Shown here: one piece after another, positions 37,399 to 45,559 of the stretch | How positions within the stretch are numbered: position 1 is the first letter of the stretch | How the letters are laid out: every line of letters starts with the position of its first letter | Virus record (IMG/VR): IMGVR_UViG_3300032373_000024 | Coordinates: 1 to 46,488 of that record | Direction: 5' to 3' (one strand) | Length of the DNA stretch: 46,488 nt | Source of the DNA: a virus | Taxonomy: Duplodnaviria > Caudoviricetes | Program-made: the position numbers and the translations under genes | Notes under the pieces: generated by a model | Seen by the model: the letters and a program-made list of their open reading frames with translations, nothing else | Database searches by the model: none | What the model was told of the DNA's origin: nothing

Positions 37399-38160
37399 TT
37401 ATCCACAAAATCCAGAATCACAGCCAAACATGTCATCTTGCAATGGTGAGTATGACCCGCCGCCATGATCGGCCCTTTCTTTTACCTCGCGTATTCCGCA
37501 AGCCCCGCCCATTCGATGCGGTCTAAACATGTATTTTGGCTTTCCACTTCTTTCTCCTACACCAAGATCATCCTCAAGCGTTATAACCTTAATAATGTCG
37601 CGCTCATCTAAATTTTGAATATCTTTAAGCGTGGCATTAATGCACGGTGAACACTCTTTTGAGCGATAAGGCAAAACATCAAAGCCAGCTTTATTTAATA
37701 AATCATCCCTTTGCCCAATTGTAAATTTTGCGAGTGGACACAATAAAGTCCTGCCGCCGTGGTTCGGAGAGTTTTTTGTTTTTTCTGGATAATTCTTCCT
37801 GTTTTCTGATTCGATGCGCATAATACCCGTGTAACAAGTCGCTTTTTTTTCGGGATCAACAATATCAAGCCAGTTAAGCGCTGGAAGTATTTTTAACTCG
37901 TAAGTACAAAAACCCATACCGTTTGCCGGAAATGCTTTTTTTCTCTTCGCTAGCGCTGACATGCCCTCGCTTGATATCTCATGAAACGTGCCGCCCGCTT
38001 TCTCTACAAAGCCTTTAACTTCTTCTACCCTTGCAGGCCATTCTTTAGATGCCCACTGAGTGTTAGAGTAAGCAACAACTAAATCATCTAAATTATTATC
38101 AATAGCCCACTGAATAAGTGCTACAGAGTCGTTTCCGCAGCTGGAGAATATTATATTCAT
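37399..38160 (-). CDS. PAPS-reductase-family (PP-loop) protein
   Basis: SCGNDS PP-loop, CT.ELKI.P, G..R.ES..R, EC.PC and C-terminal GCDSGFCG motifs. Confidence 0.8.
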   Translation of the reverse strand: MNIIFSSCGNDSVALIQWAIDNNLDDLVVAYSNTQWASKEWPARVEEVKGFVEKAGGTFHEISSEGMSALAKRKKAFPANGMGFCTYELKILPALNWLDIVDPEKKATCYTGIMRIESENRKNYPEKTKNSPNHGGRTLLCPLAKFTIGQRDDLLNKAGFDVLPYRSKECSPCINATLKDIQNLDERDIIKVITLEDDLGVGERSGKPKYMFRPHRMGGACGIREVKERADHGGGSYSPLQDDMFGCDSGFCG

Positions 38161-38539
38161 TTATTGTTCCTCTTTGGTTTATGATATGCGCCGTGGTATT
38201 TGCAATATAAAACCTCAGCGATTACTTTGTATTCAAGTACCCCACAAGCTGCTTTGCGCTCGTAGTGGATGACTATCTGATTTATGATTAGCGGTATCAC
38301 TATAAATAACATCATGGTTATAAATAGCTTTTCTATGCCACCTAGTTTCATTTTCACTTTAATATCTTTTTGTTAATTCTTTCATCTTCGTCAAGATTGT
38401 TAGCAAATATCATAATATATACACCTATAGCGTCCCACCCATCCTCTAAAAACCATATAATTAATATCCCAACAATGAACACAGCTAACTGCCATATACC
38501 TTTAGAATCAAAAGCCTCTTTAAATGTTAATTTACTCAC
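38157..38539 (-). CDS. Two small membrane proteins (38157-38357, 38354-38539)
   Basis: Hydrophobic helices; ATGA coupling. Confidence 0.5.
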
Positions 38540-38554
38540 GTTACTCTCCCGTTC

Positions 38555-40341
38555 TTAATGTGGCTTTAGTTGGTAAACAATTGGCGATGGCTCGGTATTA
38601 TTTAAAGCAGCTTCCACAAATTCTTTAGTATATTCAGCGCCTTTATTCGCGATCATTGTTGTTAATGTGAGGGCGCATACTTGTTGGATGTATTCACCAT
38701 ACTCATCATTTTTCATATTTTGCACATTTTTATCATTAAATGTTTTTTCCAAAGCTTTCGACTGTTTTTTAGTTAACTTCACGTTACTCTCCTATGTTAA
38801 TAAAATCTAAATCGTTAGCGCCTAGTTTCCATTTTTCAGTGTAAAAACTAACCACCTGATCTATATTAAAGCCTTGGCATACATGACCGTAAAACCAATC
38901 AATTAACTCTCCAAACCCTAAACATTCTTCACCATCGCAATCGCTAACTACTATATTTGATATTTTGTAACATCTTAAGCACTGTTTATATGATGCTGGC
39001 TCGTCCCATACGCCGCTTGAATATTGATATTTTTCGCCCTTGTTTATTGTTTCTTTACATTCAACGCAAATGTGATCTTTTCTTGCTTTGCGCTGGATTG
39101 ATTGAAACGCTTTTGGGTAGTCGCACATATTAATCTCCTTATTTGTTAAAAACCCTGGAATTCATGCAGACTGTTAAGTTTCTTTTCAGTCATCAATGAA
39201 TTACTTATTAAATAATCATCAGGATTGTCACATTCAGATAAAAACTGTTTAACGTTATCTTTAGTGTCATAAAATCCACCTTTCTTACCGTCTTCTTTTA
39301 GCGTTACTCTTTGATATTTTGTAATCGTCATTGTTATTTACTCCCTAAGCTGCTTGGTTTATATCTGTTTGTCGGATAACTTAAGGCTCTTACATCGCCG
39401 CCATACAGCGCGCATTTTGCTCTACCTCTAATCCATTTAAGCCTTTTTGTTTGTATGCTTGCTTGGTTTGTGACGTTTATTATCCTTTGAAGAGCGTTTT
39501 TTAATTCTTTTATTTCTCTTTCATCCTTATCGAGTTTTCGGTCTTTAAATATATTTACAATTCTCTGTATCATTATTTATTTACTCCTTAGTTTTTACGT
39601 TTAACGCTTCTAAAGCCCTACTTTCAAGCTGTTTAGATATTTCCTCGAAAGCCCAGTTAGCGCCATCTAAAAACGACCCCTCTCTTGGTGGTGAGTGGAT
39701 GACTATTGAAAGCCTTTCTTGTTCAATAGCTTCTGATTTTATTTTGTTGATATCCATCTTATTCTCCATTTGCGTTAAATTTTTTAACCTCGAATAAAGG
39801 CTTGATTTCTGGTTATCTTTCCGTTTTTCTTGGCGTTTCTTTTTATCTTTTTTAGCTCTGTCTGGACTTCTTGTAGTGTTTTTTCTCCAGAATGAACCTG
39901 TTCCATTAAAGCTGTTCTAACTTCCATACTGTCAGCAATAACGCCTTGCTCTTCACAGTCTTTTACGTTTTTTAGTTTGTCATGCCTTGCTTCAACCCTA
40001 CTTCTAGTCATCTTACTTTCCTCTAGTTGTTAAAATTCATTGTTTATATCATTTTCATAAATATGTGCAGTTTTCAAATCTTTTCGCCTTACTAGTTTTT
40101 TTGTTAAAATATAACCAAAATACACAGCCTGAGGATTAAGCCTACTTTCCCAAAATCCGCTCTCAGACCATTTAACCTTTGTAACTTCAATCGATTTTGA
40201 CGAGTCAGAAACTATGTCACCAACTTTATATTCAGCATTATCTAAAACGGTTTTTGATATAATCCTATCAATTTCAATTTTGTGTCTTTTTTTTAGATCC
40301 TCTACGGTTTTTGTTAATTTGTTTAGCGTTTCAAGTTTCAT
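38555..40341 (-). CDS. Run of seven small hypothetical genes (38555-38782, 38784-39128 Cys-rich, 39146-39331, 39334-39573, 39581-39769, 39784-40011, 40030-40341)
   Basis: Tightly packed co-oriented ORFs, most with a purine-rich RBS. Confidence 0.6.
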
Positions 40342-40342
40342 T

Positions 40343-40927
40343 CTATTTCACCTTTGTTGAGTTTCGTTTTTTAAGTTGTAGGAGTAAATCGCTAGCCACT
40401 CCACCTTTTGCGTTTCGTTGATTTTCTAATTCTGCGATACCCGGTAGGCTTTCAGGCAACATCTCAACTGGTGTATTTTCCAATGCTCGATAGTTCGCGA
40501 TAAACTCTTGACGCTTAAAAGCCAGTTTATCTCTATCGGTTGCACATAGCTGTTGCCAGCTTCCAATTGCTTTGACTGCCATCATTGCTTGCTTATCTTC
40601 AAGCTTAAGCGTTCCATAAGAGCCTACGGACGCGATAGCAGCCTCAACAGCCATCCATGCTACCAATGCCCTATCTTCTTTAGATATACTAGCGCCGTTG
40701 ATATTTCTTACTATGTCTGCTGGTTTTGGGAAGTACTGACCGCTCTTTGGATCTAATCTGTGTTTTCTCAATGACTCAGATACTTGTTCGATTGTGAATG
40801 ATTTTAGATCATCGAAGTACATAGCCATTAATGTTTTGGTTAAGGTTTTATTGTAGATTTCGCCAGTAGCTAGCATAATTTCTGAAAATTCTTTTTTGCT
40901 AGAATCATTCATTGATCCAATCTCCAA
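40343..40927 (-). CDS. DUF6475-like replication protein (helicase loader/inhibitor candidate)
   Basis: Y...L..F....V...L..H......Y.PKPADI and AW..V..AI..VG.Y motifs; follows the initiator-like gene. Confidence 0.7.
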   Translation of the reverse strand: MEIGSMNDSSKKEFSEIMLATGEIYNKTLTKTLMAMYFDDLKSFTIEQVSESLRKHRLDPKSGQYFPKPADIVRNINGASISKEDRALVAWMAVEAAIASVGSYGTLKLEDKQAMMAVKAIGSWQQLCATDRDKLAFKRQEFIANYRALENTPVEMLPESLPGIAELENQRNAKGGVASDLLLQLKKRNSTKVK

Positions 40928-41339
40928 GCGTGTTTATGTTTTGTCGTGTGGTTTCTGAATATTGAACAGGTTCAGAGTTTTTAGGTTTTGAATTCTTTTC
41001 CCAAGTTCTAATGCAAGCTTTCCAATCCTTGATTTTGTTTTTACCTCTCATCCATCCGTTAGCCTCATAGTGGTCAATAAATGATTGAGGATCGACTTTG
41101 TTATTTCGCTCATGGCAATACTGAGCAACTTCGTAGCTTAATGGAGGGATGAATTTAACTGATTTTTTTTTTGGTTCGGAAATTAATGCTTTTGTTACGC
41201 TAGCACCGGTACATAATTTATCAGCTAGAAATAAATCAAGCCAGTCAGAGTCCTTTCTGTTTTCTGATAATGCTCTTTTGTGCACTTCTAATCTTACTGA
41301 CTTTCTAAGGTTGTAAGTCTTTGGCTTCTTTGCATCCAT
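40905..41339 (-). CDS. Replication initiator-like protein
   Basis: C-terminal F.PP...EV..YC.ER...VD...F.D.Y..NGW..G..K.KDWKA..RTWE domain. Confidence 0.65.
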   Translation of the reverse strand: MDAKKPKTYNLRKSVRLEVHKRALSENRKDSDWLDLFLADKLCTGASVTKALISEPKKKSVKFIPPLSYEVAQYCHERNNKVDPQSFIDHYEANGWMRGKNKIKDWKACIRTWEKNSKPKNSEPVQYSETTRQNINTLGDWINE

Positions 41340-41370
41340 TGAATTTACTCTCTTTGTGAATTGTTATGAA

Positions 41371-41399
41371 AGTTTAATAACATTTAATGGATAAGTCAA
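41371..41399 (-). promoter_or_regulatory. Sigma70-like promoter of the replication block
   Basis: TTGACT-17 bp-TAAACT, same hexamers as 20143-20171. Confidence 0.7.
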
Positions 41400-41426
41400 G
41401 CCACATAGGGGTTATTGTTTCAATCA

Positions 41427-41657
41427 TTAGTTGATTTCAACCTTTTCACCATTAAATTTTATTCCATCATCGCAACATCCATGCGACCTTTTCGTTGTCC
41501 AGGCATTATATTTGAATAATTCGTAGGTATGATGATCGTCTCTATCTGCTAAAGATAGCAAAGCAACCTCTTTTATCCCGTCATCCTTACATCCCCCAAT
41601 CCACATAACCCCATGATTATAAATCCCAACTTTTTCGATGTAATAAATATCTAGCAT
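41427..41657 (-). CDS. Hypothetical protein
   Basis: 76 aa, GAGG RBS. Confidence 0.55.
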   Translation of the reverse strand: MLDIYYIEKVGIYNHGVMWIGGCKDDGIKEVALLSLADRDDHHTYELFKYNAWTTKRSHGCCDDGIKFNGEKVEIN

Positions 41658-41681
41658 TTGTTTATCCTCTCTTTAGTTTGT

Positions 41682-41933
41682 TTAAGTTAAGTTGCTTGCT
41701 GCGTACTCCATAGCCTCATCGATATCACAAAAAACATTTTCATCAATAGTAAATATATTATCCGTGTATGATTTAATTATTGAATTGCAGTCTATTTCTT
41801 CCATTGCAAAACCATAAAACGTTTGCAGTAGATTGGCTTTTCGATTATAAATATCTCTTTGCATTATGCTTAGCTGAAGTTCGAGAGACTCTATACCACC
41901 GATCCTTTTTGATGCTTCATTTTGATCAATCAC
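41682..41933 (-). CDS. Hypothetical protein; first ORF after the ncRNA region
   Basis: 83 aa, AAGGAG RBS. Confidence 0.6.
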   Translation of the reverse strand: MIDQNEASKRIGGIESLELQLSIMQRDIYNRKANLLQTFYGFAMEEIDCNSIIKSYTDNIFTIDENVFCDIDEAMEYAASNLT

Positions 41934-42147
41934 TATATTCTCCTTATTTAAGTTAATACGGTCACTTGACCTTTAGTTGATATACAACAAAGTTTATCTA
42001 TATTCTTATCACTCGCAGTATGCAGAACAGTTTTTAGAGTTGTCGCTCCGATATCCAACTTATGATAGTTGGCACATCAACGTCACCTGCTTTATCCACG
42101 GTCTAAATGTTGTAATGATAAGTAGAACTATCTAATCTAATTTTGGT

Positions 42148-42287
42148 AAGTGTTTATATGAAGGGGAGCTAACGGAGGTTTTAAACCCTGATAAGTGCCA
42201 CTCTAACGATGCACCCCTCTCTCCTTGCAATGAGCTTATCCGCATCTTTCGCGAGCAAGATATTAACTCCACCACATATAAACACTT
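42148..42287 (-). ncRNA. Structured ncRNA candidate, twin unit A (140 nt)
   Basis: Perfect 13-bp closing stem, UGGU/CCUU internal loop, GGAGUUAAU/GUUAGCUCC stem, multibranch interior. Confidence 0.65.
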
Positions 42288-42364
42288 TACTGCATTTAAA
42301 GCCTGCATGGCATTCGGATTCAATTTTTGCGGAATGGGGTTCAATTCTGGTATAAGAACCATTG

Positions 42365-42504
42365 AGTTTATATATGAAGGGGAGCTAACACCCCTTGCCA
42401 CGAGGATTTTACGTTTAACTCACTGTCTACACAAAGATTTCTCTTTTTAGGAGTAGCGCCCATTTAAATAGGCTATCTAATCAACTCCACCACATATATA
42501 AACT
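42365..42504 (-). ncRNA. Structured ncRNA candidate, twin unit B (140 nt)
   Basis: Perfect 12-bp closing stem, same internal loop and inner stem as unit A, different interior. Confidence 0.65.
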
Positions 42505-42514
42505 TTAAGTTAGT

Positions 42515-42686
42515 TGGTGCGCTTGGAAGGAGTCGAACCTTCAAAGGAGAAACTTTCGCCGTAGATAGGTAATTAACCTATCCCGCTACTTCGTTTCAGC
42601 TATTAACACTACTAAGTACTTTTCGTGCTTTTGCTAATTTCCCTAGCCAATTTGTGACCTGCGTGTACCTATTCCGCCACAAGCGC
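42515..42686 (-). ncRNA. tRNA-Leu-like RNA (172 nt) with degenerate anticodon arm and very large variable domain
   Basis: Acceptor GCGCTTG/CAAGCGC plus A-CCA; Leu-type D arm GCG-GAATAGGTACA-CGC; T arm GAAGG-TTCGACT-CCTTC. Confidence 0.8.
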
Positions 42687-42699
42687 TTTTAACTAACTT

Positions 42700-42864
42700 T
42701 GTGAAAGCCGTAAATTTCAGGCATAAAAAAAGGTCGAACTGTTCTGACCTCTTGACAATCAAGGGCGGAATAAGACATAAGTGGAAGGGATTAACCCACG
42801 AATATCAAAAAACCAGAACACTTCAACCTTAACTATCTCATTCCTAAAAAACACGACTTCCACA
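42700..42864 (-). promoter_or_regulatory. Long leader hairpin / attenuator candidate
   Basis: Outer TGTGGAAGTCGT/ACGGCTTTCACA stem; inner 17-nt arms followed by a U-tract. Confidence 0.55.
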
Positions 42865-42874
42865 CCGCAAAACT

Positions 42875-42903
42875 ATTATCTTACTTTTTTCCTTAATGGT
42901 CAA
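42875..42903 (-). promoter_or_regulatory. Sigma70-like promoter of the ncRNA region
   Basis: TTGACC-17 bp-GATAAT. Confidence 0.7.
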
Positions 42904-42906
42904 ACT

Positions 42907-43068
42907 TTATTTAATAACAATTCTAAAATCAGTCTCACTAGGCGCTTTCCCCAAGTTTTTCCTAGCCTCAGATCTACAAGTTGGACAAGTTGATTGGTCG
43001 CCAGCATGAAACATATATACCACGTATGGTTTGCCGCATATACCGCATTTTATTGTTCGTTCACTCAC
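42907..43068 (-). CDS. Small zinc-finger protein (53 aa)
   Basis: Manual translation MSERTIKCGICGKPY...CPTCR...; GAGGAGG RBS. Confidence 0.6.
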   Translation of the reverse strand: MSERTIKCGICGKPYVVYMFHAGDQSTCPTCRSEARKNLGKAPSETDFRIVIK

Positions 43069-43126
43069 TTTTCCACCTCCTCTAGTTTACATTTTAAATA
43101 TCAGTTTACAAAATCACTGATTAGCA

Positions 43127-44081
43127 TTATTTACGCAAGCTCTTTGCGGCAGATTCAAGATCTCTAGCTACTGCTATACGGTCTTTTTTTGCGTCTTGAA
43201 TTCCGAAAACATTAAATACCAATCCATTTTGGTCATGCGTAAATTCTACAGAGTATTTGACAGGGTTAATTTTTAACCTTTCTTTACCAAGGCTGATTAT
43301 GTTATTTTTCATACTCATCTCACCCACCTATTTTAAGTTTGTTAAGCGCGTCCAGGGTGCCAGGGATGACCTCTGGGGTTTCTGGTTTTATTAGGTCTTT
43401 TACTTTGTTCACCATTTCCAATCTAGGATATTCATATTTAGCGCATTTTTCTAAATCTTCAATCAACTCTTTAATCTTAATAACTAATGATCCTCTGTCA
43501 ACCTGAAAGTGCTTGGCGATTTCTTTTGCGTCTTGCTCATAAATACAGCCAATATTTAAGGCGTTTGGCGAATATTCACTCTTTACGCAAAGATGTATTG
43601 TTTTGTCGTTCTCGTCGACATGGATTAGACTTATGTCTCTATCACTCCATTTATGTTCTTCTATGCTCATGATTTAGCATTTATTATGCATTCTTTCCAC
43701 AGACTTTCGTGAATTGCGTTTTTATTAATCGCGCTTAAATATAAATCAACTGCCCTACTTGCCTCTAAAGGCGTTTCCAGAATAACTCTATCTCGCTCTT
43801 TTAATTGAGCGATTAAGGTATCTTTGCTTTCGTCTTCGTATATCATTATCTTATCCTTTGTGGTCTCGAGTCATTGCTTGATACCAGTGGTTAGTTGTGC
43901 TCAGCTCCCTGCTCATTTCTTCAAGTTCGCCGGAAATACCTATTCCAAATACAGGCACAAACATTTCCTTTGTTGACTTAGAATGAATACCTCCTTGCGG
44001 TATCCAGCCTTTCTTTATATTAAGATTAGTAATCGACTCTAGCGTCCTTAAGTGCGCCGCGTTAACTACTTTGTATTCCAT
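43127..44081 (-). CDS. Early small hypothetical genes (43127-43327, 43320-43670, 43851-44081)
   Basis: Co-oriented ORFs; 43851-44081 has a GW.PQGG...YQAM pattern (DUF1737-like). Confidence 0.55.
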
Positions 44082-44107
44082 TTTACTTTCCTTTATTGGT
44101 TAAATTG

Positions 44108-44260
44108 TTATAGGTGGTGGGGATAGTAGTAAGCCGGTTTCCACGGATTTGTCTCAGAGTATCGGCACTGGTTAAACCAGCATTTAGTTAATCTTTAAAT
44201 CAACCTCACCTTAAAGCAATGTTTCGCTTACTGTCTACCCCACCATCCACACCCCTATAA
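44108..44260 (-). ncRNA. Structured ncRNA candidate (~150 nt)
   Basis: Long closing stem TGGTGGGG-TAG-ACAGTAAGC / GCTTACT-ACTAT-CCCCACCA, with internal hairpins; intergenic. Confidence 0.55.
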
Positions 44261-44267
44261 TCACTCT

Positions 44268-44302
44268 AAAAAGGGCACCACCAAGAGGATCAAGGTGATG
44301 CC
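44268..44302 (-). terminator. Intrinsic terminator candidate
   Basis: GGCATCACC/GGTGGTGCC stem followed by CTTTTT. Confidence 0.6.
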
Positions 44303-45346
44303 AATTGTTCGCTGGTTGTTTCAGAGTGTGCCAGCGAATTCTTTTCGTGCTTAGCATTTATTTCATGCTGCATGTAACAGCCTAAACCGCATACCTCAAG
44401 CTTATTGTCATACGTCCGGCAACATTCACCGGTTAGCATGTCATAATCGCATACGGGGCATTTCTCGGCTTTGTCTGGCATGTTCGTCACCTTAAAATAA
44501 GCTATACATCAGCGATACAAACGAAAACAGATAGTAACCCGCAAAATAGACCGCTGTTAACGCTAAAACAAATTCTATGAGTTTTGCTATTAGCCAGAAT
44601 TTAAAGCTCTTTCTTGCGCTTTCAAGACTAGTATTCATAACCCTACCCTCTTTAAACGTTCGTTTATTCTCTGTTGATATTCTTTTAAGTGAGGCTTTTT
44701 CTCTAAATACTCAGCTAAAAGCTTCTTGAATTTTTTTAATGTCGGATTTCATTTTAACGTCATTGATTTAATATAAGCGTTAGCACATTTTCGAGTAGCA
44801 AAACCTTTGTATTCATACGTTGCGTTTGATGTTGTTTCAAACACGCTCCAACTTTCACCGACTTGTTTTGTTTTATATTTGCTCATGATGCCATATCCTG
44901 CAAAATTGGTATTCCATTTGTTTCAATTTTGATCTGGTCTGAAAGCCTGCGCCCAAAGCCTGATCGCTCTTGATGTTCTCGATTGGCTTCTTTTTCCATT
45001 AGAGATTTCATCTTCTTAACGATAACTTGCAAGTTATTGACTGATACCATGGTGTCGTTAGATTTAAACCGCTCAAAGCCATTCTTGTTGATTGTTAATT
45101 CATCAAGTTGATTGATGAGATAATTTAAGTCGTTAATCATTGTAATTCGCTCCTTGTGCATCCTAGCTTTCTTGATAATTTAAAGTCTGATATTTTTCGC
45201 ATTATTTCAATGTGATCTGAATTATTCTTTTTTGCGATTTTATCGTTTTCACGCCTAATCTGTTCTTCATTCTTTTCTTTGACTTCCCAGTATCTGCCGT
45301 ATTTTTGCTCTTGAGTGCTCATCACATCACCTCGTAAATTGTCCAC
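44290..45346 (-). CDS. Early small hypothetical genes (44290-44490 Cys-rich, 44883-45161, 45137-45346, plus shorter ORFs)
   Basis: Co-oriented short ORFs. Confidence 0.45.
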
Positions 45347-45559
45347 GCTATTATAAAAACTAAAAACGCAACTCTTAAAACTATCTGGCTTTTAGTTGCC
45401 TTGATGTATTCGTGTTTCATGATCTTCAACCTTAATTGACTCACAATTATTTTTCAAACTGTCTATCTTGGTTTCAATACTGCATGAATTGAGCAATACG
45501 ACAAAAACCATGAGATACAACCCTGTTCTATCCGTTTCTTTGTTTTTACAAGTCATCAT

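Noticed and set aside
42132-42401. 89-aa minus-strand ORF across the twin RNAs (also 42781-42993 on plus)
   Set aside because: No convincing RBS or motif; it runs through repeated inverted-repeat stems that are better explained as RNA structure. A short peptide in the linker cannot be fully excluded.
42265-42492. AACTCCACCA (plus strand) as an attP core for ssrA or tRNA-Ala
   Set aside because: Only about 10 bp, no T-arm sequence beside it, and no integrase found.
42148-42504. CRISPR or TIGR array
   Set aside because: Only two units, ~90-nt structured interiors, and no Cas or Nop-domain gene recognised.
42545-42600. Hammerhead ribozyme or group I intron inside the tRNA-like RNA
   Set aside because: CUGAAACGA does not fit the CUGANGA core, stems I and III are not evident, the insert is too short for a group I intron, and no excision I tried restores a canonical anticodon arm.
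44883-45161. ERSGFGRRLSD as a c-di-GMP-binding motif
   Set aside because: A single degenerate match in a small protein; too weak to support.
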